Part shown: one piece after another, positions 1 to 12,350 of the stretch | Position numbering within the stretch: position 1 is the first letter of the stretch | How the letters are laid out: each line of letters opens with the position of its first letter | Source of the DNA: Camelus ferus | Taxonomy: Eukaryota | Direction of reading: 5' to 3' | Assembly: GCF_009834535.1 (NCBI RefSeq) | Contig: NC_045696.1 | Location: 80,354,001-80,418,000, forward strand | Length of the DNA stretch: 64,000 nt | Notes under the pieces: generated by a model | Databases searched by the model: none | What the model was told of the DNA's origin: nothing | The model's input: the letters and a program-made list of their open reading frames with translations, nothing else | Program-made: the position numbers and the translations under genes

Positions 1-127
1 TGGGGCTTTCTGAGAATTTGGATCAAAAAGGGTGTGAAGAATGATAAAAAAAAAAACCACAAATTCTTTATCTGGCTATACTCCAATCCCATTCTCTCTC
101 TGGATGAGTTTATCCTGTGATCTGTAC

Positions 128-275
128 AGCTTTGCTACTCAAATTAGTCCACAGACCAGCAATGTCAATGTCAGTTGGGAGCCTGAACCTCGGCCCCAGA
201 CCTACTGAGTCAGAATCTGCACTTTAACAGATTCTCAGGTGAGTCCTACGCACATTAAAGGGTAACAAGCAATGA
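128..275 (+). mobile_element. MER5A/MER5A1 hAT-Charlie DNA transposon relic
   Basis: ggccccagacctactgagtcagaatctgcactttaacagattctcaggtga resembles the recalled MER5A1 core. Confidence 0.75.
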
Positions 276-707
276 CCAGAGCTCCCGAGTCACAGGCCTC
301 AAGGACTGATTGACAGGTCATATAACTTTTATAAAGAAGGCAGACAGGACATGGGCTTCCTTAGTTAGGCTGACACTACTTCCCTCTAGAGTAAAACCAC
401 TGGCACTTTAGTTTTCAATTACATACTTAAGAACATCACTGCCAATATCAAATACAGAACTTAAAACTCTTTACAAGATTATGCTTGAGAACGGAAAATT
501 TAAGGGTACCACCACATACAAAAAAAATGTAAGTTAGGGCTAGTATACCCTAAAGAACTGGGTGATGGGTATATGTGAGGCAATTTCTATGCCTGATTTT
601 AAGAAAAATGTAGCTCACTGGTCACTGAATCATTCACGGCAACAGGCAGAGACCAGGAGCCGCCTGACCCTGACGGGCTGCACACACGCATGCGCACCGG
701 TTCTTAC

Positions 708-835
708 CTGTTTGTACTCAGATTCTCTTCCAACCAATACCTGCAGAATGTAGCTGACAGGGTCGCCTTTCATTGGTGGTACCGTCTCCCATAAAATTTC
801 ACATGAATTTCCTTCTAACTGTGTTACTCGAGGTG
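708..835 (-). CDS. FNDC3B: FNDC3B penultimate coding exon (~exon 25), 128 nt, phase 1->0
   Basis: tttcAG|CA CCT ... AAA CAG|GTaaga; (A)PRVTQLEGNSCEILWETVPPMKGDPVSYILQVLVGRESEYKQ. Confidence 0.96.
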
Positions 836-1109
836 CTGAAATACAAATTCACACATCCAAGCTCAAAATTCAAAGTATCGTATTAATAATCAATATTTTA
901 GTACTATTAGAACCCAGAGGGAGGGTGATTGCTTGAGTCTGCCCTGAGAGGGGAATTTATTTGCCCAACCTCTTTATCAAACTAGCAAGGCACCCTTTAC
1001 ACAGAGAAGACACTCCACGTCTAGCAGGCCATTGGTGAAAGATCCTTTGCTCATTATCTTGTAACTGCACTTGGCCTGGATTGCATTTTTGTTGTCTTTT
1101 TTTCCGATG

Positions 1110-1385
1110 GCTAATGAGCACCTTCTATGCTGTTAGGTTCTCTGGGGGATACAAAAATAAGTATGATAAATACTACTTTCAAGGAAATTAAGACCTGGTT
1201 GAAGGAAGGGGTGAGAATGGTATGAAACAAGTACAGACCAAAAAACCAAAACTGTAAGGCAGATCAAAATGCAGTATAAACAACATGTTGGGGAATTCTA
1301 AGGGAGGGAAGGAAAGTCACACCTGTGGGAGAGTCTAAGGAAGGTTTGAGAAGCAGGCGACATTTGAGATGAGCCTTTAAAAGTT
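1110..1385 (-). mobile_element. L2 LINE fragment
   Basis: aatgagcaccttctatgc...gggggatacaaaaataag...gagatgagcctttaa, typical antisense L2 3' region. Confidence 0.55.
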
Positions 1386-3355
1386 AGCTTACATTTGTAT
1401 TTTTTTAGTTTATTTTTCACCTACTGGACACTCCTCATTCTGGTTTAAAGCTAAATTATAGTAGTTTGCAGTAAAGCCTTTAAATATTATAGAATTTTAA
1501 AATATTTTCTTATAGCTTATGATATATCTCTACAGCTTAATTCAATACATTTTTCTATTTTTAACTAGAATGTGTAACTCCTTTCTAATTTCTAATTACA
1601 TGAACTCTTTAGAGGCAGTTATTTCTACCTGTAATTCTGAGAAAATAACTTATCTTAAAAAGAAAAAAAAAAATTGGTATTAGTTGGCCAAAACTCCAAG
1701 CAATTTATGGAAAAACTAAATAAAGACTCATCAGACTAAACAGTCCTCTAGCTAAGACAGTAGTTTCCTGAATCTGAGAGAGAGAGGAAGACGACCTGCC
1801 CAAGTGCACATGTGAGGAAACTGCCCTTCTGAAGAAAACGTACCGCGACATGCAAGGGCTACGGATTTCATGTTCTGTTTTCAACAAAATGCAACTCCCC
1901 CAGCAATCACTTTCAGAGGCAAAGGTAGTGCCAGAAAGATCTCTGAAGTTAGCCGGCTGGTAAATGTGGCAAACCTTCCTGCCACAACAACAAACCTAGC
2001 AGCCAGTGTGTTCAGGAATCTCTTCTGCTACAGCTGGAAGACGGAGCTGCACAAAGCGCCAGGGCACCTCCTGCCCAGGTGACCCGGAACGCCTTCCACA
2101 GGCACATCCATTTACACTAGTATCTCAGTCACACGGAACAGCAGCTGCCAGAGCTTCTGGACTGCTGAGGGGCAGGGAAGCAGGGGGACGGCATCTACCA
2201 TTAAGTACCCTGGAAGGAGCTATGGGAACCTTCACAGGATGCAAGCCAGACAGTGAGTCAGACTCTGACCCGGGTCCTGGAGGCCTTGCACCCTCCTTAA
2301 CAGACTCTGCCCCGGAGGGGGCTGACAGCTCCTCTGTGTGGAGGCAGTGAGTTCAACGGCTTTGCTCCTGAGGCCAGATACATAGGAACCTTTTCAACAA
2401 TCTGTGCTCACTGCCTAGCCACCCACATAGCAGCCAACCCTCACTATACCCCACGTAAGACCTGGTTCAGGTGGGCGGCTTGTCTATCTGTCAGCCTCAG
2501 AATCATTTTGGGCAGCAGCTGGAAAAATGCAAAGACAGGCAGCAGGGACCTGCGCCAGCGTCCCACTCCTGGGGAGAGGGGGGCACAGGCTCTGGAGTCC
2601 GTGGGGGGCTGGGCCTGGGCCAAGGCTGGGTGGGAAGGGCCCAGCCAGCCCCGGCTATTGCTGGCTGCCCGGCCTTGACAGTCTGCTGTGCATAAGGCAG
2701 AACTTTGGCTGAAAATGGGAGACGAGGGCTCAGCAGACCTGGTGGAGGGAGAACCTGGGTGACTGGCTTTCACTCACTCCCTGTTCCCTGTTCCCGTGAA
2801 GGGGGCAGAGAGTAAACCAGTCACTCACAAACTCAAGACAAATGCCCCAGGAGATGAGGACAGGCCCCTGCTGCGGCCTTCGAGTGGGGGAAGGGCCGTG
2901 GACCCTGCCCACCTCAGTCTCTACTTGCACCACGGGCATCCAAAGACGCATGCCAACCCCTGAAGGGAGATACTCACACCTCCCCTGGTGAACCGCCCAA
3001 AGCACTACCACCAGGAGCTCACCCCCATTCCTAACCCGACACCTGTCACTCAGGTCCGTTTCTTTTCTTTGTCCATCTATCTTCTGTGACTGCCTCACCA
3101 CTAAATTATTTGTAATAAACATTTACCATACTTGAGAAGGTCATCACTGGTAGGCCCTTTTCCTTTAAGGCCTCTCATTTCCCCTAGAGAACCCACTGCC
3201 AAACCTTCTGTTTTAGAAAGTTCTTTTGATTCTATCTTGCTGATACATGAAATATGAGAAGAGTATATTTATGATCAGAATGGAGCCTCCCACTCTAAGT
3301 CCCAACATCTCCTCATTCTCACAGGAGAGCATAACCGAAGACACTGTCCACAAAC

Positions 3356-3522
3356 CTTTGATGGTCGGGGGGATGCTCTTGGTTGTGCAGAAGGTGTAGG
3401 TTTCCGAGAAGGGCCCTTCCCCAGCCTCGCTCGCTGCTTGGATTCTGAAGGAGTAGCATGTGAATTCCGTTAGTCTCTGGACCTTGTAGGTATGGCTGGG
3501 TCCTCTGTAGATTGAAATAAAC
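3356..3522 (-). CDS. FNDC3B: FNDC3B coding exon (~exon 24), 167 nt, phase 2->1
   Basis: ctctAG|G TTT ... AAA G|GTttgt; FISIYRGPSHTYKVQRLTEFTCYSFRIQAASEAGEGPFSETYTFCTTKSIPPTIK. Confidence 0.96.
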
Positions 3523-6500
3523 CTAGAGAAAGGAGCAGAATCCATTAGCTACCTGAACTCTTATTAGTAATGAGAAATTAATTACGATACAAATGTGGAG
3601 CAGATTAGCCCAACTTGGTAAATGCTTTTCACACTATCTGAATTAATAACCAACTAGTTGCTACGTTATGGTTAAGTTTAATGTCTCATATGTGTTCACA
3701 TAAAAGAAAAACATAAATTTAAGCACATAAAGCTTAGAATGAGATCCCTTTAATTATGGTATAGATTCTAGAAACAACAGTTGTTCATGCTTTTATTTAC
3801 TAACGAAAACTAGCAATTACAAATTTTTCACAATTTTTATATAATCTGATACATTAACTTCTACTCTGTACCAGGCAATGAAGTTAATACTAACTAGGTA
3901 CCCGAGAAATACAATGTCCTCTTTACCAGAATTTTCTAAATAACTGAGGTTTAGCTAGAAAATTCTTTAAATTTTAACCTTTAATCTTTCCAAGAGCTTT
4001 CAAAGCCCCTTTCTCAAACTAGTAAGATGACATTTAGGATTATTCATCTTTGAGAAAATATGTAAAATGGAAAAAAAAACTGCTCAGAATCATCAGGTTA
4101 ATCAAAATAACAGAAATAGCACAGGTGGCTGGACAGTTTAGATTGGCAGCTTCTGGATCCTTCTCCTCTCTGAATCAGGGCTGTTCTATACTTCTCTGCT
4201 AATTAATATTTCCATGAGACATGGACATAGAAGGTAATGAAGATAAAAAATAAGGCCTTATATTTTGTTTTCCCCCAGGGTCTTAGAAAATTAGTATCAT
4301 GATGAAATTGGATTACTCAGAACTACAATATTATGTCAGCATTTGTCTTTTTATAGTTAAATGCAAAGATCTGGAAACAATATAATTTCCTATAAGTTAC
4401 CCAGACCCTTTCAGACCCTGAAACTGCTGGTGCAGGGACACTTTGAGAACTGCTGTATGACTTAATCCAACCACAGTGCCTCGTTCCTACACAGGCCAAC
4501 TGTTTCTCCCAGTTTCCTGTGCTTCGTCCCAGCGTCTGAGGACAGTCTGCTGTCTTCAGATACTGCTGGAAGTCCGTCAGTGATAGAATCACACAATTCA
4601 AAACGTCTCATAGGCCAATTTGGCCGAAGGGGTAAGCAGAATTTATGCATTCATTTAGCCGGCATTTCTTGAACATCTGCTGTGTGTGAGGCTCTGTGTA
4701 TTCAAAGATGAATTTGACCTTGTCCCTGTGGGTTAGCTGGCCCTGTGTGTGGGCGGGGTTCTCTGATGGAGAGCAGCAGCTTTCCCATGTGCTGGAGAAC
4801 AGTCCCGATGGGCGCACAGAGATTAAACAGCTTTTGCACAAAACCTGCCAGAGTCAATGCTTATCTTGAAGTGTCCATGCGTCCATCAGCCTCTGCAGTT
4901 GAGTTCCTGAGCCCTAGTCATTTCACCTATTTAATGTGGCTTCTGCTTCAACGTGTTAGGAAGCACCTTTTACTGAAGACTGAACATTTTTAATTTCAGG
5001 AAAAGACAGAGTCCAGGTTGAAACCCACAAATGCCATGGTAATCTATTTAGCGCTCCTGCCATACCACAACCTTAATGAAGATGCCCCTCGCTAATGCGA
5101 CGCAAACAGCTACCTATTAACTCAGCCTCACCCGGGCTAGAGTCCCTACCCAGAGTAACTGCCCTTAATCACACACAAAACGGAAGTCGTGGTTTAAGAA
5201 GTAAGTGTTACATCTTCACTGAAAACTTACAACAAAGCCCAGTTTTAAAAGGCGTTTGGGGAGGTCTATCAGCAACAGTGCTGCTTCCTGTCTGCGCCCT
5301 GCCCTAAGGAGGGCAAAGGAAGTCCGATACACCTGTGTAGGCAGCAGCGCTCATGCTCACGAAGACGTTTCCCGAAGCAGATTCAGTGCTCTAATTCTGT
5401 ACCGTAATTGAAACTGAGCAAACAGTATATGTTCAAATAATTTCAATTTTCAAATTCATCAAAATCTGCTGTTTCTCGAATAGCTATTTTGTTCCTTTAA
5501 CTTGTTTTGCTCCTGTACCACAGCGTTTTATTAATTTTTTAAAATTGCAGTCCAGTTTAGAACAAGCACTGTGGAACAGGGGATAGGAATGAAAAACTGT
5601 ACAATTTTGCCATTAGAACATTTGTTTGTGTCGAGGGACAGTGCAATAAAGACAATGTCAGAACCGACCTCACAGAGCTGGTGCAAGGTGTAAGTGGGTT
5701 AGTAAAAAAGAAGTACTCAGAACAGTCTTGACAAGTAATAACCCCTCAATGTGTGTTAGTTATCATCATTTTATAATGCCGAGAAGACAGGATTTTAAAG
5801 AAATTCCACTGTCCCTTCTGAGAGGTCATCTCCATGGCTGTCGGCTGACATGGAGCTTATTTTCCTTCCTCCCAGGTGCAGGGTCGGCTGTGAGGCGAGG
5901 GGCACTGCCCTGCAGACACTGCCGTTCATCCTCTCCCACCGAGACCTGTCAGTGTAGCGCGGGCAAGGGTCTCTCTCTCCCAAAACAGGTGGGATTCAAT
6001 GAGAAAGCTCATGAAACAGATCCAGTTCCTACACAGAGTAGGCTTCAAATCAGTATCTGTTGATCCTAAATTTCTTTCTACACATGCTGACAGTAACTTC
6101 TCTTTCAAACAATAAAGACCAACCAAAACAAAACAGAAGCACACAAGCCAACACGACAAGAATATAATCTTTCACCTGATTCTGTAATCACTTCCTGTCA
6201 TTCCAAGAGGCAGGAGAAGGAAGAACCTTCTTTCCTCAGAGCCAGTGATTTACAGCCAGTTGCACAGTGGCCTCTCCAGGAGGCTCCGTAGGTTAACACC
6301 CCGTGGCTAGAACCACTTGGGGACAGATTAAAAATATTCATCAAATATTTGTTTTACTAAGACCAACTTAATTGTTTTCTCTCTCCTAAATCTTTTTTTT
6401 TTTAAAGACCAACTTAATTTTAAAACTCATTAAGAAGTAAGCCAGAGGCCTGTGGTGAAGGAATTACATGTGCTATACATCCCCAGACACAATGATTCAA

Positions 6501-7049
6501 GACCCCACATTTTAAAATGACCAAGGAGTCAAGAGCTCAGAGCACGGCTTTGCCATGAAGAGGAGGAGGAGGGCAGCAGTCACCCAGCTGTCCCACGGCT
6601 CTTCCTCCCCCTTACACTTCGTGCCGAGAGCCAGTGCTTAGACCCCACATGTGTTCATGCACCACCTGCCCTGGGATATGAGTCACAACCAGAGGCCGAC
6701 AGGAGTCCTGCTGTCTTGAAGGCCCTGATCCCTATCACTTCAGAGTGCACTACCCCAAGCCCTGGGGAAAGGAGATCATCCCTGGAATGGGATCAACTAG
6801 GACTGGGGAGGACCTACAGCAGCTGGAGTGCCTACAACACCAGCAGGAGATGCGAAAACTCTGAGCTCGCAATCCCTTGACTGTTCAAGCCCAGGGGGTG
6901 GCCCAGGTGACAAGGGATGCACTACTGGGGAGTGTTTCCTCTCCTAGGCCACCCCACTGCTTGGTGAAGACTGGACCCCCTTTACTTCTCCCTCTGCCTC
7001 CCCACACGTTGGTGAGAAGCAGCGGGGCACAGATTTGCACTCAGGAAGA

Positions 7050-7215
7050 CTGGACGCGAACCTCAGCTCTGTCCCTTACTGCAAAATCACTTGCCCCTGC
7101 TAAGCATTTCTCTGATCTGCAAAACAGGGACAGTATCCACCTCAAAGATCGTTTTAAGAGCCAAATGTGAAAATGTTGGTAAAAAACTCAGCACTGAGCT
7201 CAACATATAGAAAGA
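7050..7215 (+). mobile_element. MIR SINE fragment
   Basis: Core-like tttctctgatctgcaaaacagggacagta...cacctcaaag. Confidence 0.55.
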
Positions 7216-7914
7216 GTTCTACACAGGGTGCCCAATGGTTACAGGAGCTGTACCATGATTGCCACCAACCATCTAGTCAGGCTAAGGTGCCCTGAGGACC
7301 ACTGTGGCTCTCAACGCATGCCACCCAGGCCCCTCCCACTTCCTGCCCCAGCCAGAACAGGTCCACCGGAATTTGTGATGTTCTGCTGCCATTAGTCATG
7401 ACCTGCACTAGACATAGCTCTCCCCTCAGTAAGTTAATCTAATTCGGTGACCAAGAAGTATAAGTGAAATGGTCGCTGTTACTTTCATTATACAAATGCT
7501 CCTGTGCTACAGAAACACAATGAAATTATATATAGATACATAGATATATATGTAAGTATGTATAAAAATAAGTAGCAGGTGGCATGGTTCCTAGACTGTA
7601 GCACATGTTCAGTAAAGTCACTGAGTAATTTTCTATCATCAGTTCAGGCTGAGGCATATGTAGCCACAGGGACCCTCATGGTATCATAGGTCATTAAGGT
7701 CTCCGTGGAGCCCTGGGTCCGCACTGGCAGTGCCTCTGAGAGGTCGTGTACTTCATCCTCAACCCCTGCTACCTGTGGCCACATACCTTTGGAGGCATCA
7801 TCCCCATGACCTAGGGCTCCTGTGAGACCACGTTAAGAGGGCAGGTGTGGAAACACCTGTGGACTCTGCTGTGGTGCAGGGGCTGAAGGCACGGTAGGTA
7901 ATAATCTCTGCAGA

Positions 7915-8125
7915 CCGCAGACTTGAGTCTGAGTTCAGGTTCAACAGCCTTGTGATCTTCAGCTCTACAGCCAAGAAAGCTGTTAGCTCCTGTGTAAAAT
8001 GGGTCTGATGACAGCGGCTACCCACCCAGAGGGCTGCTGTGAGAACTCCACGGGGTAACTCAGAGAGAACCCATCACAACATACTAGCACTTGTGAGTGC
8101 CTGGTACGTACCAGTGGTTATTGTT
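7915..8125 (+). mobile_element. MIR SINE fragment
   Basis: tgtgtaaaatgggtctgatgacag...agagggctgctgtgaga core. Confidence 0.55.
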
Positions 8126-9093
8126 TGCAACACTGCTATTAATGACAATGCACCCAGTTTCATGAATGATGTAACTCATTTCTCAATGCTGGAAAAGCCC
8201 AAGGATGTCCCCAGAATGGCATCCCTCCCACTTCCACGCCTTTAGGCTTTCTGGAGTTGGAGGGAAAGCTGTGCCAGTGAATACCACCCACCCTCTCCTG
8301 GTGACCCCAGGCCAAGAACTGCTGCTGAAAACAGGTCAAGATGGAGTGGTGGGTCCTACAGAAGTGCTGGCCATGAATGGAAATTTGGGCATTTTTCCAC
8401 TCAGGGAAAGGAAAAACGGGAGGAATGCTCTCTTATAGTAAAACAAATATTTACTAGGAAGAGGAAACAAACAAGGCAGAACGTTTGGTAGGTCACTGAA
8501 AGTTTACAGTCTAAATGAATTCTTTGTGGCTCTGCCCCCAACTGGCTTTAGTTTTGACTGTAATATCTCCTAGAAATGAAGCATTTGAATGCTAACAAGC
8601 ACACGTGGGTTTTAACGCTGGTAATTTAGCAGTGGTTTTTTAAAAAATGTCCTACGTATCTATGAATACAAAATAAATTTGCTTATTCTGCCGGCCTGTC
8701 AGAGTATTTCATGGTGGGTACAAAGATCCTGGCCACAATGGGGAGTCTGTTACCTTCACTATGAACTTGAACAAGCCGATCAGTCTCCAGGCTGTTTCCA
8801 GACACTTGGGATAATTGTCTTATTCACCTGGCAGGGCTCTTTATGAGATCCAAGTGAAAGGACCAAGGAAGTTGTAGATTCCTTATTAAATAGGCAAAAC
8901 AAGATTACTGACATCTTCAAGAAATTCTTTACACCTCAGTATTTTAGGCTTTCACGTTGTGAAAGATGACATTTTTGGCCTGAAGTGCAGCTTAAGGAAA
9001 AAACTCAGATGTGTTACATCTTTAAATGTGTCTTTATTTTAAATCACTTTAGAGGAAAATGATGATATACAAAGAACTTAATTTAAAAATCTG

Positions 9094-9211
9094 GGTGGGA
9101 AGGGACAGACTGGGATTTTAAAATGTAGAATAGATAAACAAGATTATACTGTATAGCACAGGGAAATATATACAGGATCTTATGGTAGCTCACAGTGAAA
9201 AAAAATGTGAC
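9094..9211 (+). mobile_element. Short, relatively young L1 3'UTR fragment with 8-bp TSD
   Basis: agataaacaagattatactgtatagcacagggaaatata... cetartiodactyl-type L1 3'UTR; flanked by aaaatctg at 9086-9093 and 9212-9219; homologous to 38854-38935 in this window. Confidence 0.85.
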
Positions 9212-10494
9212 AAAATCTGTTTCCTTCAGACAGTTTCGTTTCGAAAGAAACATCTAAGAATACTCTGGATGGCTTATAACAAATTCGCAGTAGAAAATAT
9301 GAGACAATGCTAAGGTTTGTGTGTTTACTTCGTTGTTGCTATCTTATAATCCCCAGGCCCACTGCAGGCCAACAACTGCCCATTAATATTAATCCCTCAA
9401 AATATCTAACCTGCTGACCTCAAATGGTCTGTGGTCTACAAACAGCTGCAAATGGCACGCTTCAAAACATCACAAACTAACAGCTTTAAGAAGCTCAATG
9501 CAGCTGCACCTTAACAATGACATGTCACTGTCTTTATCTTAACTCCCCTGGGCTCCACAGACTGTGTGTGCGTGGACCTGCTCCATGACTGAGGTGATGT
9601 TTGGGAATGGAGGATGTCAAAACAGGAATGGAGAGCCTGTGACCTCAGTCCACCCAGAACACTGAGTCCTGCCATGTCTACGCAGATGCAAGTGGCAGCA
9701 GATGGCATCACGTGGGGACACCTGAGGTGAGGAAGGTGCCTTTCTGAAACTGGTTTGGATGTTGCTGAGTCCCAGTTTGCAGACTGAGCACTCAAGTGCC
9801 AAGAGCGATTCCCGAAAGACCAATGAGAAAATGAGTTAATTTCCTACCCCATGTCCCCAGCCATACACGGAACTCCTGGCTTGTGAGTAATCAGGCTGCA
9901 ATACTTTTTGGTTTTGATCTTTTGTATGCTCCTTTTCCAAGAAATGTCACTATAGCTACTGGTGAAACTCTTTACATAGAATGAAATTCCTATTTCTAAT
10001 TTTGTTTACACTGCACTTAATTGATACATTTTAAAGGGGATTTTTTTTATATTCAGAGGAAGGATGACTAGACTCTCGAAAGACCACCTGAGAACCTTGA
10101 AACTTTCCATTCCTTTCCTTTGCTTTCAAACACGTGCAGGGACTCTCACCTTCAAGCATACTCTTCCCAGAGTCTTCCAAATTTCCATTAGCCCACTTTT
10201 ACTTTGGTGGCCTTGCCTCAATCTTCCCTCACTTAGGAAAAAGCTATCCAATTCCATTGTTACTTATTTATTTTTAAATAGAAATTCCATTTTAAAGAGA
10301 AGAAAAAAACTGTAATCTGAATTCTACTTCGGGTCTAATTAAGATCTCAAATAGTTCATTTACCATCTCTCACCTCTTCCTGTGCTCAGAATATTTTAGC
10401 CTGAAACTGCATAAGCTAGCAATAGTTTTTTTTTTTCCAGGATGAATTTTTGTACTTTTTCATAAGAAATAAAAATGTTTTTTTCCATTAGGTG

Positions 10495-10630
10495 GGAACT
10501 GGAGACAGGCATCACTAGCTCCATTTTGTAGAGGGAGAAACTAAGGCCAAAAAAAGTTAAGGGACATGCCTCCAAGTCGCCTAGGAACTCGGGAACAGAT
10601 CTGGAATTATAACAGAGATTTGACACCCCT
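10495..10630 (-). mobile_element. MIR SINE
   Basis: ccattttgtagagggagaaactaaggcc...gttaagggacatgcc antisense MIR core. Confidence 0.7.
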
Positions 10631-12109
10631 GCAAGAACCACAGTTGCCTTCTGGTTATTAAAGGTAATATAAAAATGCCATTTATCCAAAAAGGGTGATC
10701 ATGTGAATTGGGGACCATTCAAGAGAAGCAACGGAAACTAATACTGAGGGCCTTCTGTGGGCGCTGAGCTGTGTTACATCGATTTCATTTATTTCAGCGA
10801 CACACTCTGAGGAATATAGGCAGGAGTTTGTTCTGTAACAGGCGTACATTAAGTTCACCCCCCCCGTCACTTTTATTAGTTGCCTAGTGTGTGCTTCTTC
10901 AGGGTTTCTTCATGCAGATTATTTTCTGTCCCTCACTAACAGAAAACAGGCAGTCATACTGTACACATTACAAAGCCCCTCCAATTTCGCTGGCTGAAGG
11001 GAGAAGTGTCATGGGCACAAGGGCTGAGTTAAACGGAGAGCAAGGGGCAACCACCCACTCTACTTAGAGCCCTCTCCCCCATCTGCATTTTGCTGGAGAC
11101 TTGTTTTAAAATACATTGGCTGTCTGACTAAACCTGAACAGATGAACCATAAGTGCATTCCTGGAACCCAAGTTCCTCTTGCCTCCGTGCTGTGTACAAG
11201 TATCAGGGACACGGATCCGCAGGGTCAGAACAAGAATTGGCATCAACTAAAATTCTGTTAGGGCAGCACAACATCTCATTTCAATAACACAAACAGATGC
11301 ATCTTCAAAATCATTGTTACAGCATTATAATCTTAAAATGTACGAGCCGATCTTGTTATTCTAATCCCTGTATCAGGTTAATGCAGCATTATGAAAGTGT
11401 TTACTTTGCTTATATATTTTTCTTGCATACACAGGAACCAAAGACATTCAGATCTGCGCTAGATCTGTTAATAATAATAGACTTAATCATGCTACAGCCA
11501 AACTAATATAACTTTTGTTTTTCTGTTGAAATTAAATAAAACTTCTTGTGCTGTCTGCTCATTTTTTCATGTTAATTTATTTTCTCAGCAAGATAAGCTC
11601 CTTACAGGCAGGCCACATACCTCACAAGACCTGGCACACTGCAAAAATTTAAAAGAAAACTGATGACTGAGTGATCGTAATCTAACTGCTAGGGATAAAC
11701 TTAGTCCTATAAATATAAAGCACTGCTTTGAGGCTGCTGTATAAATATGTAGTCAGTGACCTTGGACTGGGAATCTTGTGGGTCAAAATCTTGAATACAT
11801 GGGAAACAAATGTCCTGATCAAGGGGAAAAATTTCCCAACCAGCAAGTCTAGGTCATCTGGACGAATGCTGGGTTGATTCACCTTGAGGATTTGGGCAAG
11901 ATGCCCTTCTGGGACCCCTTTTATTTACATGCAGTAGCCCCAGATTAAAAAAGAAAAAATCCACGTGTAAAAGTACTAGAAAGAAGCATTTACATGGAGG
12001 TTTGTTTCTGTGCTTTGGAAATTGTATCCTCTGTTTCCACCCAGTCCTGAGTCCTTACCACTAAGTCTCTCCAGCATGAGGCTGTAAGATGAGGATCCTT
12101 TTAAGATTC

Positions 12110-12350
12110 ACTCAACTTGTCACCTTCTCTAATAAGGCTCCTCCATTCATTTAATTTCAGGGCTAAAATACATGCCATTCTTCTGTCTTCCCTCAGTATT
12201 CTGTGCATGTGCCAATCTGTAAACCTTCCACACCATGATTTGCTTGAAAGTATCTGTCTGTTCCACCTGTCCCCCACCAGACTGTGAGCCCTTCAGGGCA
12301 GGGATCTATCTCGGTCTTCTTTATCTATTCAGTGCTTAAGCACAGCATAG
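12110..12350 (+). mobile_element. L2 LINE 3' fragment
   Basis: ccccaccagactgtgagcccttcagggcagggatc, hallmark of the L2 3' end. Confidence 0.65.
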
